Part shown: one piece after another, positions 30,800-41,498 of the stretch
Layout: each line of letters begins with the position of its first letter
Numbering within the stretch: the first letter of the stretch is position 1
Assembly: GCA_002011165.2 (NCBI GenBank)
Contig: MTMI02000007.1
Span: 159,970-223,969, forward strand
From: Candidatus Mnemosynella biddleae
Lineage (GTDB): Archaea > Halobacteriota > Archaeoglobi > Mnemosynellales > Mnemosynellaceae
Direction: 5' to 3'
DNA: 64,000 nucleotides
The notes under the pieces: generated by a model
Told to the model about the DNA's origin: nothing
The model's database searches: none
What the model saw: only the letters and a program-made list of their open reading frames with translations
Translations under genes and position numbers: made by a program

Positions 30800-31924
30800 G
30801 TGAAAACATTGAGAATTGGTCTCATCAGTACCTATGGTGTTAAGTGTGGAGTTTCAACGTATACAGAACATCTCATAGAAAGTCTCATGAAATTCGGAGG
30901 GAATGAAATTTTCGTTTTTGCGGAGGATAATAATAAAAGAAGTTCGAGAAATGAATTCTCATCTACAATTGAGTTTGTTAGATGTTTTCACAGATATGAT
31001 GAAAGTGAGGAGCGAATTATTGAGGCAATCGAAAAGAGAGCTCCAGAGATCATTCATATACAGCATGAATATTCCATCTTCAGAAATACGAAAATGCTCG
31101 AAAAGGTTCATGAGATATGTGAGGATAGAACAATAATGACTCTTCATACGATAAATCTTGAGAATAAGTTTGATCTAGGCGGGTTAGCAGATTATTACAT
31201 AGTTCATAACGATATTTCGAGGGATTATCTAATTGAAAATGGGATTCCCGAGGAGCGGGTGAAAGTTATTCATCATGGGACTTTAATCGCTCCTCAGATG
31301 TCAAAGAAGGATGCTAGGAAAAAGTTAAATCTACCGTTAAATAGAAAGATTCTTCTATCTCATGCTTTCTTCGAGAAGAAAAAGAACATAGATCTCATTC
31401 TCCAGGCAGTTGCTGAGCTCAGAGATGAAATTCCTTTATATTATCTTCACGCTGGCGGTGTCCATCCTTATGGATATCCTCCCGAAAGACATCAGCTTTA
31501 CTACGAGAAATGTTTGAAACTTGTGGAAGAACTTGGAATTTCTGATATTGTTAGATTTGATGCAGAGTTCATACCTGATGAGGAGCTTTTTGTTTATCTC
31601 AATTCAGCAGATGTCATTATGGTTGTGGAGGAGAACAAATATCCTCTGCTCTCAGCTTCGGGAACGATGCATACTGTGGCGAGAAGACCAGTTATAGGTT
31701 CCGACCTTCCAACTTTTTCAGAGTTTCCTGAAGGATGTTTTTACAAGGTTGATTTGTCTCTCGAGTCTATCAAGGAGGCGGTGAGAAAAGTTCTAGGAGA
31801 TGAAAAACTTTCAGAAAGTCTTGTGAGGAGAATGATGGAATATGCAGAGAAAACATCTTGGGATAAAATAGCAGAAGAACATCTGAAACTCTATAGAGAG
31901 GTTATTAAAAAGGCCGAAGAGTGA
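30800..31924 (+). CDS. GT4 glycosyltransferase
   Basis: STY...CGV.TY, HIQHEY, TLHT, VIHHG, KKNI, ASG, SW..IA. Confidence 0.85.
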   Translation: MKTLRIGLISTYGVKCGVSTYTEHLIESLMKFGGNEIFVFAEDNNKRSSRNEFSSTIEFVRCFHRYDESEERIIEAIEKRAPEIIHIQHEYSIFRNTKMLEKVHEICEDRTIMTLHTINLENKFDLGGLADYYIVHNDISRDYLIENGIPEERVKVIHHGTLIAPQMSKKDARKKLNLPLNRKILLSHAFFEKKKNIDLILQAVAELRDEIPLYYLHAGGVHPYGYPPERHQLYYEKCLKLVEELGISDIVRFDAEFIPDEELFVYLNSADVIMVVEENKYPLLSASGTMHTVARRPVIGSDLPTFSEFPEGCFYKVDLSLESIKEAVRKVLGDEKLSESLVRRMMEYAEKTSWDKIAEEHLKLYREVIKKAEE

Positions 31925-31931
31925 AAAATTT

Positions 31932-33398
31932 TTGAATGTCGAGGAACGAATTGAAACCATGGATCTTTTGAGAAAGGGAAAGTTCAAAGAAAAGATGGAT
32001 GAAGAGGCCGTGGACTTCACGTCTTCAATGGATTTCGATCAGTGGATTTTTCTTCATGATCTCAATGTGGATAGGGTGCATCTCCTGATGCTGAAAAAAC
32101 AGGGAATCATAAATGAAAACACCTGCAGAGAGATTTTAAAAGCTATTGATATGGTTGAAAAGGAAGGTTTTGAGTCTTTGGAGAGGATGGAAGATGTTCA
32201 TATAGCAAAAGAGACGAAAATTCTTGAAATTGTCGGAGAACTCGGAGGAGCTCTTCATAGTGGAAGATCAAGAAATGACGAAGTTGCAACTTGTTTGAGA
32301 ATGGCATCCAGAGATTCTCTTCTCAAGATCTTCTCCTCACTTCTGAAGTTGAGAGAAGTAATTCTTGAAATTTCCAAAGAGAATTTAGAAACTCTCATAC
32401 CCGGATATACACATCTTCAACACGCTCAACCAACTACTCTGGCTCATCATTTACTGGCTCATGCTTCTGCTCTTAGAAGGGATGCAGAGCGAATAAAGGA
32501 GTGTTTCAGAAGGGTCAATCAATCTCCTCTCGGAAGTGCCGCTCTGGTCTCAACCTCTCTTCCGATAGATAGAAATTTCACAGCATCTTTACTGGGGTTC
32601 GATTCCATTATCGAGAATTCTATGGATGCAATTTCATCACGAGATTTTGCTTTAGAATGTATGGGCGTTTGTTCAAATCTCATGATTTCGCTTTCGAGAA
32701 TAGCGGAGGAACTTATTCTTTGGAGCACCTCAGAGTTTCAATTTGTGAAGATTGGAGATGCTTATGTTTCCACGAGCTCTATCATGCCTCAGAAGAGAAA
32801 TCCAGATGTTGCGGAGCTAATAAGGGCAAAATGCGGTACAGTAATCGGATCTCTTATAAGCTCTCTCTCAATTGTGAAATCTCTTCCTCTTAGCTACAAC
32901 AGAGATCTTCAGGAGATCACATCGCATTTGGAAAGGGTGTTGGATATCACAGAGAAGAGTTGCGAAATGCTTGCGAGAATGCTGAGATCATGCGAATTCA
33001 ACAAAGAGAGAATGAAAGAGGAGGCAGAAAAAGAATTCACCACTGCTACAGATCTTGCAGAATTCTTTGTGATGAGGGGCATTCCTTTCAGAAAGGCCTA
33101 TCAGATAGTCTCAAAGTTCATCGCAGAAGGAGGAGATTTCGAAAGTTTAAAAGAACTTATGAGGCAGGAACTCGGGAAGGAACTGATGAGTGAGGAGGAA
33201 TTCCAAGAGCTGATGAAGGTGGATGGATCAATTGAGAGAAGGGGTAATGGAGGCCCTTCAAGATCTTCATGTCTGAAGATGATTGAAAATGAGAGAAGAG
33301 CCCTCGAAGAGGATAGAAAGTGGTTTGAAGAGAAGAAAAAGAAAATTGAGAGCTCTCTAAAGAACCTTCGAAGGCTTTGCGAAGAGGTGGTGAAATGA
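31932..33398 (+). CDS. argH: argininosuccinate lyase
   Basis: HSGRSRND, PGYTHLQHAQP, SSIMPQKRNPD, YNRDLQE. Confidence 0.96.
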   Translation: MNVEERIETMDLLRKGKFKEKMDEEAVDFTSSMDFDQWIFLHDLNVDRVHLLMLKKQGIINENTCREILKAIDMVEKEGFESLERMEDVHIAKETKILEIVGELGGALHSGRSRNDEVATCLRMASRDSLLKIFSSLLKLREVILEISKENLETLIPGYTHLQHAQPTTLAHHLLAHASALRRDAERIKECFRRVNQSPLGSAALVSTSLPIDRNFTASLLGFDSIIENSMDAISSRDFALECMGVCSNLMISLSRIAEELILWSTSEFQFVKIGDAYVSTSSIMPQKRNPDVAELIRAKCGTVIGSLISSLSIVKSLPLSYNRDLQEITSHLERVLDITEKSCEMLARMLRSCEFNKERMKEEAEKEFTTATDLAEFFVMRGIPFRKAYQIVSKFIAEGGDFESLKELMRQELGKELMSEEEFQELMKVDGSIERRGNGGPSRSSCLKMIENERRALEEDRKWFEEKKKKIESSLKNLRRLCEEVVK

Positions 33399-34642
33399 AA
33401 GAGGGAGATCGTGTAATTGTCAGGAAAGAGGGGAAGATCTACGAAGGGATTCTCATGCCAGAGAGAGATGGCTTCATAGTTCTCAAGCTCGATAACGGCT
33501 ATAACATAGGAATCAATCCCGAAGGAGCTGAGATAGAAGTTTTAGAGGAATTCAGGAGTCAGGAAGTTCGAAAAGAGGTTCTCGAAGAGAGAGATGGATT
33601 ACCTTTAATCTCGATAGTTTCTACGGGCGGAACGATTGCGAGCAAAGTGGATTATAGAACTGGAGCAGTAACAGCGAAATTCTCTCCAGAAGAGATTCTC
33701 GAACTGATACCGGAGATGAAGGAACTTGCAAATTACAGGGGTAGATCTCTCTTCAATATCCTCAGCGAGAATATGAGACCAGAAAACTGGGTACAAATGG
33801 CAAAAGCTGTTTACGAGGAGATTAAGAACGGAGCGTATGGAGTCATCATAACCCATGGAACCGATACAATGGGTTATTCTTCTGCTGCTCTTTCTTTTAT
33901 GCTCAGAACTCCTGTTCCTGTGGTCTTTGTTGGAGCTCAAAGGTCTGCAGACAGGCCGAGTAGCGACAATGTTGTAAATGCGGTTTGCTCGACTCATGTT
34001 GCTAAAAGCAACATAGCGGAAGTGGTCGTTGCGATGCATCATACAACATCAGATGATTTGGTTGCGGTTCACAGAGGAACTAAGGTTAGGAAGATGCACA
34101 TGTCAAGAAGAGATGCCTTTAAATCTATCAATGCCACTCCAGTTGCACTCGTGGAATATCCTTCAGGAAAAATAAAAGTTCTGGGCGATTATGTGAAGAG
34201 GAATGAGAGAGAACTTGAAATTTATCCGAAACTCGAAGAGAAATGCGCTCTCTTAAAATTCTTCCCCGGCTCTCCTCCAGAGATCATTGATTTCTTTATC
34301 GAGAGAGGCTACAGAGGTATCGTGATTGAGGGAACGGGTCTCGGGCATGTGAGTGCTGAGTGGATTCCACATATCAAAGAAGCGGTTGAAAGTGGAGTTC
34401 TCGTGACAATGACATCACAGTGTCTTTTTGGAAGAGTCTGTGATAGAGTTTACGATACGGGAAGAGATCTTCTAAGAGCAGGAGTTGTTGAAGCTGAGGA
34501 TATGCTTCCCGAAACAGCTCTCGTGAAATCAATGTGGCTTCTCGCTCACTACGATCTTGAGGAAGCGAAAAGGCTAATGAAAGTAAATCTTGTTGGAGAG
34601 ATAAATCCGAGATCTACGGGAGGTGCAGAATTTGGATTTTAA
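33395..34642 (+). CDS. gatD: Glu-tRNA(Gln) amidotransferase subunit D
   Basis: KLDNGYNIG, STGGTIAS.VDY.TG, HGTDT, QRS.DRPSSD. Confidence 0.96.
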   Translation: MKEGDRVIVRKEGKIYEGILMPERDGFIVLKLDNGYNIGINPEGAEIEVLEEFRSQEVRKEVLEERDGLPLISIVSTGGTIASKVDYRTGAVTAKFSPEEILELIPEMKELANYRGRSLFNILSENMRPENWVQMAKAVYEEIKNGAYGVIITHGTDTMGYSSAALSFMLRTPVPVVFVGAQRSADRPSSDNVVNAVCSTHVAKSNIAEVVVAMHHTTSDDLVAVHRGTKVRKMHMSRRDAFKSINATPVALVEYPSGKIKVLGDYVKRNERELEIYPKLEEKCALLKFFPGSPPEIIDFFIERGYRGIVIEGTGLGHVSAEWIPHIKEAVESGVLVTMTSQCLFGRVCDRVYDTGRDLLRAGVVEAEDMLPETALVKSMWLLAHYDLEEAKRLMKVNLVGEINPRSTGGAEFGF

Positions 34643-36500
34643 AAAGCTTGGTCTCCGAGCTGGTTTGGAGATCCATCAACAGTTGAAGACTAAGGAGAAG
34701 CTATTCTGCAGATGCCCTCCTGAGATGAGAGATTTTGAGGAGAGCTCTTATCAGTTCTTCAGATATCTTCACGCTACTCCTTCTGAACTCGGTGAAGTCG
34801 ACGTTGCAGCAGAGGAAGAAGTCTCTTTGAGACGAAAATATAGCTATTTTGGATACGATTCAACCTGTCTTATCGAAAATGATGAGGAACCTCCAAAAGA
34901 GCTCGATAGAGAATCTCTTGAAATAGCGTTGATGATTGCCAAAATGATGAACATGCAAATCGTCGATCAAATTCACGTAATGAGAAAGATTGTGGTAGAT
35001 GGTTCAAATACAACAGGATTTCAGAGAACTGCTCTGATAGCTCTTGATGGGTATATTGAGGTGGATGGGAAAAAAATTCGAATTCCATCTTTATGTCTTG
35101 AGGAGGATGCAGCCCAAAGGATTGAGGGAGATAACTTCTCTTTAGATAGACTTGGGATACCTCTTGTGGAGATCTCAACCGCTCCAGATATGGAGAGCCC
35201 GGAGGAGGTTAGGAAGGTTGCAGAGCGAATAGGTGAGATACTGAGATCAACCGGGAGAGTGAGGAGAGGTCTCGGAACTATAAGACAGGATGTGAATGTC
35301 TCAATCTCAGATGGTGCGAGAATCGAGATAAAAGGCGTTCAGGAACTCGAGATGCTGGAAGAGATAGTGAGACTTGAAGCGAAAAGACAGCTCGAACTCT
35401 TGAGGATCAGAGATGAACTAAGAAGAAGAGGAGCTTCAGTTGGAGATGTTAAAGAGGTGACAGAACTTTTCAAAAACACGAAATCGAAAATTCTCAGGAG
35501 AAAGGTCGAAGAGGGAGGAATAGTCCTTGCTTTACTGCTCAGAGGTTTCTCTGGCTTACTTGGAAGAGAGCTAATTCCGGGTCTAAGATTTGGAACGGAA
35601 ATTGCAGACAGAATGAGAAGAAGAGGTGCGGGTGGGTGTTTCCATACCGATGAGCTTCCTGGTTACGGAATAACCGAAGATGAGGTGACCAAACTTAGAG
35701 AGTTTATGAACGCTCAGGAAAATGATGCAATTCTGATAATTGCTGAAAAAAGGGAGATTGCTGAAAAAGCAATGGAAGCGGCGATAAAGAGGTGTAAAGA
35801 AGCTCTTCAGGGCGTTCCAGAGGAAACGAGGAGGGCTATGGAGGATGGAACAACAAGATATATGAGACCTCTACCTGGGGCGGCGAGGATGTATCCTGAG
35901 ACTGACATCCCTCCCGTAAAGATTACGAGAGAGATGCTAGAGAATATAAAGATTCCCGAGTTGATAAGTGAAGCTGAGGAAAGATTCAAAAAAGAATACG
36001 GATTAAACGAGGAACTCGCGAGAAAAATTGCCAGATCTGAGAATCGTTTCCTCTTCGAAAGAGTAGTAAAGGAATTTGAAATCTCTCCTCAACTCGTTGT
36101 GCGGGTTATTGAGGAGATAATTCCGCAGATTAGAAGAGAAGGAGCCAAGGTTGAAAGTTTGAGTGAAGAACACTTCATGTCATTCTTCAAGGCAATGAGT
36201 GAGGGAAGATTCGCAAAAGAAGCGTCTGACGAGATTCTCATGAAGTGGTGCGAAAAGCCTGAGAATGATCTTACGGAGATTTTAGAGGAACTCGGAATAA
36301 AGGGAGGAACATTTGAAGAACTCAAAAAATTCGTGAAAAAGCTTGTTGAAGAGAGAAAAGATTTTGTGAAGGAGAGAGGTGAAAGAGCGTTCTCACCTCT
36401 CATGGGGATGGTGATGAAAGAGTTCAGAGGGAAAGTAGACGGAAAAATTGTAAGCGAAGTACTGAAAGAGGAAATCAGAAAGGTCCTCGAGGAGGGGTGA
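34623..36500 (+). CDS. gatE: Glu-tRNA(Gln) amidotransferase subunit E
   Basis: GLEIHQQL, DGSNTTGFQRT, LDRLGIPL.EI, RPLPGAARMYPETD. Confidence 0.96.
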   Translation: MQNLDFKKLGLRAGLEIHQQLKTKEKLFCRCPPEMRDFEESSYQFFRYLHATPSELGEVDVAAEEEVSLRRKYSYFGYDSTCLIENDEEPPKELDRESLEIALMIAKMMNMQIVDQIHVMRKIVVDGSNTTGFQRTALIALDGYIEVDGKKIRIPSLCLEEDAAQRIEGDNFSLDRLGIPLVEISTAPDMESPEEVRKVAERIGEILRSTGRVRRGLGTIRQDVNVSISDGARIEIKGVQELEMLEEIVRLEAKRQLELLRIRDELRRRGASVGDVKEVTELFKNTKSKILRRKVEEGGIVLALLLRGFSGLLGRELIPGLRFGTEIADRMRRRGAGGCFHTDELPGYGITEDEVTKLREFMNAQENDAILIIAEKREIAEKAMEAAIKRCKEALQGVPEETRRAMEDGTTRYMRPLPGAARMYPETDIPPVKITREMLENIKIPELISEAEERFKKEYGLNEELARKIARSENRFLFERVVKEFEISPQLVVRVIEEIIPQIRREGAKVESLSEEHFMSFFKAMSEGRFAKEASDEILMKWCEKPENDLTEILEELGIKGGTFEELKKFVKKLVEERKDFVKERGERAFSPLMGMVMKEFRGKVDGKIVSEVLKEEIRKVLEEG

Positions 36501-37192
36501 GGCTGAGAGGGGCATCACTCTTCAGTGGAGGAAAAGACTCCACCTATGCCACTTTTCTTGCGGAGAAATCTGGAATAAATGTTGAACACCTTATCATCAT
36601 CGAACCCGAGAGAGATTCAATGATGTTTCACTATCCGTGCATAGAGGTTGCGGAAATCTCAGCCGAATTGATGGGTAAGGAATACACAAAAGTGAAAGTA
36701 TCAAAGGAAAATGAGGAAGAAATGGGGGAAGTGAAAGAGATTCTGAGAGATCTCAACATAGAAGTTCTGGTGAGCGGAGCAATAGCATCCGAGTATCAGA
36801 GAAAGAGAATCGAAAAACTCTGCAAATCACTTGGAATTCTTTCGGTAACTCCTCTCTGGAAAAGAGATCCTGTAGAGACACTTCGAGAGATGGTATCTCT
36901 TGGGTTCGAGATAATGGTGGTGGGATGTTTTGCAGAAGGTATGACGAGAGATTTCTTGGGAAGGGTGATAGATGAAGAAATGATTCGAAAGCTGGAGGTG
37001 TTAAGAGAAAAATATGGAATACATCCTGGTGGGGAGGGGGGAGAGTTTGAAACCCTTGTGCTCTCGGGACCTCACATGAAGGGAAGAATAGATTTGGACT
37101 ACGATATCTTCTGGAGGGGGGACAGCGGATATCTCGTTGTGAAGGAGATTAAAGTTCTAAGGGGAGACTCATGGAAAAGTACAAAAAGCTAA
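36497..37192 (+). CDS. diphthine--ammonia ligase family PP-loop ATPase
   Basis: SGGKDS PP-loop, SMMFH, GAIASEYQ, PLW, GEGGEFET. Confidence 0.88.
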   Translation: MRLRGASLFSGGKDSTYATFLAEKSGINVEHLIIIEPERDSMMFHYPCIEVAEISAELMGKEYTKVKVSKENEEEMGEVKEILRDLNIEVLVSGAIASEYQRKRIEKLCKSLGILSVTPLWKRDPVETLREMVSLGFEIMVVGCFAEGMTRDFLGRVIDEEMIRKLEVLREKYGIHPGGEGGEFETLVLSGPHMKGRIDLDYDIFWRGDSGYLVVKEIKVLRGDSWKSTKS

Positions 37193-38241
37193 TTCTTACT
37201 TCGATCATTATTAGCATCATCGCAACAGTTTTAGTTCTATACTTCACAATTTCCGAGGAAACGTTCCAAGCTCTCTCTAAGGTGAGAATAGAATTCCTCT
37301 TTCTTGCAATTCTTATGCATTTGACCTCTTTCTTCATCTGGGCTCTGAGAATAAAGGTTTTAGCTAAAACTCTTGGATTCAGAGTCGATTTGAGAAGATC
37401 TCTCGAAATGGTTGTTTCGAGTGTCTTTACAGCAGCAATAACACCATCGCATGCAGGAGGAGAACCAGTGAGAATCGCTCTTTTAACAAGATGTGGAATC
37501 TCGCCCGGGGATTCAAGTGCGATAGTCCTCGGGGAGAGGGTGATGGACGGAATTTTTTTGGCATTTATTGCACTTCTGGGGCTTTTTGTTCTTCAATCCT
37601 ATTTAGAAGGTCACGAATATTTAAGAGCGGTCACAGTTTTCTCAATTCTTATCATTCTTGGAGGTATAATTTTCCTGATAATCTCATTGGCTAATCCTCA
37701 GGCTCCTGAAAAGACTAAGAGAATTATTCTAAGAATATCTGAAAGTTTTGAATTTCTAAGAAAAAGGGAGATGCTTTTGGAGAAAATTTTCGAGGAGCTA
37801 ATGAATTTCAGAGCTGCGATGATAAATTTTGCGAGAAGGAGAAATCATGGGACGTACTACGCTTTCATCTTAACAGCTCTCTTCTGGACTAACGAGTTTC
37901 TGATACCTTCAGTCATACTTTTGGGACTTCAGGAAGCTCCTCAGGTCTGGTTCTGTTATTTTGTCCAAGGAGTTCTAACTCTGATTCTCATGCTTCCCTT
38001 GACTCCAGGAAGTAGCGGTATAGCAGAACTTGGAGCAGCTACATTTTATTCCGTGATCCTTCCTTCATACAAACTCGGGATTTTCGTAATAGTGTGGAGA
38101 TTCACGATTTATCACTTAAATCTAATTTTAGGTCTCTTCATGACTATGAAAGTTCTCAGAGATGTGAAAAGGGAAAGAAAAAAATTTTTAAAGCTTCCAG
38201 AAGGGGTAGAAAAGCAGAAAAGTGATTACGATAAGAAGTAG
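37171..38241 (+). CDS. flippase-like / lysylphosphatidylglycerol synthase TM-domain protein (UPF0104)
   Basis: ITPSHAGGEP, ER..D, PLTPGSSGIAE, WR..YH. Confidence 0.85.
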   Translation: MEKYKKLILTSIIISIIATVLVLYFTISEETFQALSKVRIEFLFLAILMHLTSFFIWALRIKVLAKTLGFRVDLRRSLEMVVSSVFTAAITPSHAGGEPVRIALLTRCGISPGDSSAIVLGERVMDGIFLAFIALLGLFVLQSYLEGHEYLRAVTVFSILIILGGIIFLIISLANPQAPEKTKRIILRISESFEFLRKREMLLEKIFEELMNFRAAMINFARRRNHGTYYAFILTALFWTNEFLIPSVILLGLQEAPQVWFCYFVQGVLTLILMLPLTPGSSGIAELGAATFYSVILPSYKLGIFVIVWRFTIYHLNLILGLFMTMKVLRDVKRERKKFLKLPEGVEKQKSDYDKK

Positions 38242-38451
38242 AGCGAGAATTATCACAAACTTCACACTTTCAACATCACTTCCAAAAATTATCGGAAATG
38301 GTCCTATCATCACTATTCCTCCGCTTCTGATTTCAGTCTCGCTCTCTCCTGTGTTGGCAAGCTTTAAACTCTGGTAAAGAGTTGCTCCGAAGATGATGAA
38401 GAATCCGAGTAAAATGAAAAACACTCCGAGGAAGATCCACTTTTCTACCAT
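38188..38451 (-). CDS. DUF131 small membrane protein
   Basis: GGIVMIGPFPIIFGS signature. Confidence 0.85.
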   Translation of the reverse strand: MVEKWIFLGVFFILLGFFIIFGATLYQSLKLANTGESETEIRSGGIVMIGPFPIIFGSDVESVKFVIILALLLIVITFLLFYPFWKL

Positions 38452-38452
38452 C

Positions 38453-38983
38453 TTACTCCACCTTTATTCTCTTTCCCTCTCTCTTTAATTTCTTCTTCAT
38501 TATCACTTCAAGAATTCCGTTGTTGTAAGTGGCCTTCACCGAGTCAGGATCAATCTCCGCAGGCAACTCAACCTTTTCGTAATATCTTCTCCTCTCTCCC
38601 TCACTCTTTATCTCAAGTGTTCTCTCAGTTGCATTCAGTTCAATATCTTCTTTTCTAACTCCGGGAATTTCTGCAATTACCTGAATTTCATCATCTGTCT
38701 CTATAACATCTACAAGAGGTCTCCTCTCCTCTATTCCTCTCTCCGAGATCATTGATTTTGTTCCAAACTCTCTGATGACAGGCTCTCCATCTGGACCAAT
38801 TGTTATCGAGAATCCTTTGACTACGGGTTTAATCTCTCCCCCCTCTCTTACTTCTTTGAAGATCTCTTCCATATCCCTCATCATCTTCTCCATCATCTCA
38901 TCTATGAAGCTAAAGCCTCCAAAGAAATCAAATGGATCCCAGTCCTCCCATCTTCGCTTTCTTCTCCATACCATCGTTATCAC
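38453..38983 (-). CDS. hsp20: archaeal small heat shock protein Hsp20
   Basis: WDPF N-terminus, GFSITIGPDG.P.IREFG, AEIPGV, YNNGIL, C-terminal IKV; true start probably ATG near 38974 after GGAGGTG. Confidence 0.93.
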   Translation of the reverse strand: MITMVWRRKRRWEDWDPFDFFGGFSFIDEMMEKMMRDMEEIFKEVREGGEIKPVVKGFSITIGPDGEPVIREFGTKSMISERGIEERRPLVDVIETDDEIQVIAEIPGVRKEDIELNATERTLEIKSEGERRRYYEKVELPAEIDPDSVKATYNNGILEVIMKKKLKREGKRIKVE

Positions 38984-39033
38984 CTCCTAAAAAAGAAATT
39001 AAGAATTAGGAAAATTAAAAAATTTAGCGTTTC

Positions 39034-40440
39034 TTACCTTCTCCCATATTTCCTGAACATGTAATAGAGACCTCCGAATATTGCAAAAATTATCAAGAGA
39101 CCGTAGAGTGCAGTATAAGAAGCCTCCTCTACTGTTATTCTGAAATCCTCTTCCTCTTCTAGCTGATCACTCTTAATCTTCACCGTAACCTTATAGTCGC
39201 TCGCCACAATATCGGCTGGAGGAATAAGAGAAATCTCAAATCTCACCTTCTTTCCAGGCTCGAGTTTGCTCTGAAGTTCAGGATAAATTCTAGCAGTCCA
39301 TCCTTCTGGAGCACTTACCTCTGGTTTTATGTTCGTGAGAGTCGTTCCCTTCCCAGAATTGATAACTGTGAGAATTATCTTTGCGGATTCTCCTTTTTTG
39401 ATCTTGTAGTTGTAGTAAGGAGAGTAGAGTGACATCTGGTAAATTCCGGTGAGCTTAACCGTAAGATTCAAAGAGCTCTCCGCAAAAGTAGATTGGGCAA
39501 TTGCTCTGAAGCTATATTCGCCAGTATCCACATCATAAGGTGTTATGAGCTCGAGGTAGAGTGTTCTTGTCTCTCCGGCGGGAATGTAGATCTCAGATAT
39601 CTCCGCTCCCTCCAAGCTCTCTTTGAATCTATAGTACCATTCTGGCGGAAGGTCTTCGACAGCAAGTCTATAGCTGTCATCTTCTTTCCCCAGATTCGAT
39701 ATCTCAAGTTCAAAAACCGGAGATTTACCGACATAGGAGACAAGATAGGGAATCTTACAGCTGAGGTCGACAAAGTAATCTCTCCTTTCTATTGTGACAG
39801 TCCCAAGATTCGTTGTCTTCCCTATTTTAATCTCGAAGTTTTTCGTCTTCTTTGTCTCATATCCTTTCTTGACAATCTCAGCCCAGTACTCTCCTTTTGG
39901 AAGCTCTATGTTTATTGTTCCATCTGAAGTGGTCATCACGGTGTCAATGAGTCCGGAGGAGTTGTAAATTCTTACTTCAGCTCCTTTTACGTTTTCTCCT
40001 TCTTTATCAACAACCTTCAGAGTCAGAGTTCCCATCTCGCCCTCATGAGTTTTCACTATCTTAACGTAGAGATCGAGGGTTTTTGTGCCCACAGAAATCG
40101 TCACGAGATACTCTCCTATCTCCGTATCTCCAGATGTTTCGATCACGACTGTAAATGATCCGCTTCCTCCACTTGGAATGAAGAGCTTGTAGATCTTCTT
40201 TCCTCCAGCCTCAAAATAAACATTCCATCCCTCAATTCTGCAATAGTGGTTTAACGTGAAAGTTCCGTCAACATCTCCATTGTTCCTCACGGTGACATCG
40301 AATTTCACAGTATCTCCAGCCTCAGCTATCTGACCTGGATAGTCGCTGTAGATTTCGAGCTCGCTCTGAGCAGAAACGGATGCAACGCTTAGTAGAAGTC
40401 CTAATATAAGAATAATAATAGAGAGAGTTTTCTTCATCAT
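39034..40440 (-). CDS. secreted, C-terminally anchored COG1470/NEW3 Ig-like repeat protein
   Basis: Signal peptide, repeated V.N.G...LP.GW modules, carboxypeptidase-regulatory-like domain, C-terminal TM + RKYGRR; ATGA overlap with permease. Confidence 0.82.
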   Translation of the reverse strand: MMKKTLSIIILILGLLLSVASVSAQSELEIYSDYPGQIAEAGDTVKFDVTVRNNGDVDGTFTLNHYCRIEGWNVYFEAGGKKIYKLFIPSGGSGSFTVVIETSGDTEIGEYLVTISVGTKTLDLYVKIVKTHEGEMGTLTLKVVDKEGENVKGAEVRIYNSSGLIDTVMTTSDGTINIELPKGEYWAEIVKKGYETKKTKNFEIKIGKTTNLGTVTIERRDYFVDLSCKIPYLVSYVGKSPVFELEISNLGKEDDSYRLAVEDLPPEWYYRFKESLEGAEISEIYIPAGETRTLYLELITPYDVDTGEYSFRAIAQSTFAESSLNLTVKLTGIYQMSLYSPYYNYKIKKGESAKIILTVINSGKGTTLTNIKPEVSAPEGWTARIYPELQSKLEPGKKVRFEISLIPPADIVASDYKVTVKIKSDQLEEEEDFRITVEEASYTALYGLLIIFAIFGGLYYMFRKYGRR

Positions 40441-41498
40441 CTTACATCCATCCTCATGAATTTTATGTAAGCAACTCCGTAGGTCACAACGGGATAAACG
40501 ATCAAAGCAACGAGATTCTTCCATAGAGTCCAAAGTATCTCCAGAATTCCTTCTTTCTTCTCCACTTCACCGAAGGGAGAAGAAGTGTAGTAATATGGGC
40601 TGAGAGTTGCAGATGAAAGTCTTTGATAATTCGTTGAAGGATCGAGAAGATCGAAGATCTCCTGAACTCTCTCCCTCCTTTCCCAGTATTCCCTCATCTT
40701 CTTCTGATATTCTTGCATTTCTTCATCACTGATTTCTACAGGCTTCGGAATTATATCACTCTCAGAACTAGTACTCACAGTCTCAATTTCAACAACTTTA
40801 AACTTTGGAGGCTCTGGAGGCTCTCCAACGATCTTGTCGGTTATCTGCCAGCTGATCATGGGTATAAAAGCGGAAAGAGTGATAAAGAGCACGAGTGAGA
40901 GAATCAGAGCATTTGTGCTGTTTTTCATTATCACCGAGGCCATAAGAGAAATCGAAAAGAAAACGAAGAGGTAAAGAATCGAAAGAAGAGCATAGACGAA
41001 GATTCTGAATAGATCTTCGATTGTTGGGACAATACCGAAGATCAGGAGCACCGCAACGCTCAGTAGAATGATGATGAGGATGGCAAACGAAAGAGCCAAA
41101 AGTCCTCCAAGAGCCTTTCCATTTATAACATCATCTCTGAAGAGGGGATGAGATAAAAGAATCTTCAAAGATCCTCTCTCTCTTTCTCCAGAAATTAGAT
41201 CGAAACCCATCGCTATTGCTAAAATCACCCCAATCGTCATGATCTGAAAGCCCATTCTCGTGAAGATGAAGAGCGGTGATGGTTTTGAAGGAGTGTAGCC
41301 GGGAGGAACCCCCAATGCTCCACTCTCAATTGCACTGAGAGTCTCTTTATAGTTCTCAAGTTGCTCTTTGTAGTCCTGACCTCCCTCCATAAGCGAAATT
41401 CCAGATATCACGAGCATCGCAGCAAGAAGAATCAGAAATCTCTTACTCATTACGTGATCCAGAAATTCCTTTCTCGCAACATTAAGAACTGGATGCAT
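40437..41498 (-). CDS. ABC-2 type transporter permease
   Basis: VARKEF.D, GFDLISGERERGSLKILLSHP, GK..G. Confidence 0.9.
   Translation of the reverse strand: MHPVLNVARKEFLDHVMSKRFLILLAAMLVISGISLMEGGQDYKEQLENYKETLSAIESGALGVPPGYTPSKPSPLFIFTRMGFQIMTIGVILAIAMGFDLISGERERGSLKILLSHPLFRDDVINGKALGGLLALSFAILIIILLSVAVLLIFGIVPTIEDLFRIFVYALLSILYLFVFFSISLMASVIMKNSTNALILSLVLFITLSAFIPMISWQITDKIVGEPPEPPKFKVVEIETVSTSSESDIIPKPVEISDEEMQEYQKKMREYWERRERVQEIFDLLDPSTNYQRLSSATLSPYYYTSSPFGEVEKKEGILEILWTLWKNLVALIVYPVVTYGVAYIKFMRMDVR

Noticed and set aside
38984..39033. CCTAA...TTAGG inverted repeat upstream of hsp20 as a heat-shock operator
   Set aside because: Only 5-bp arms in AT-rich DNA, overlapping the SD, and not matching operator spacing I can support
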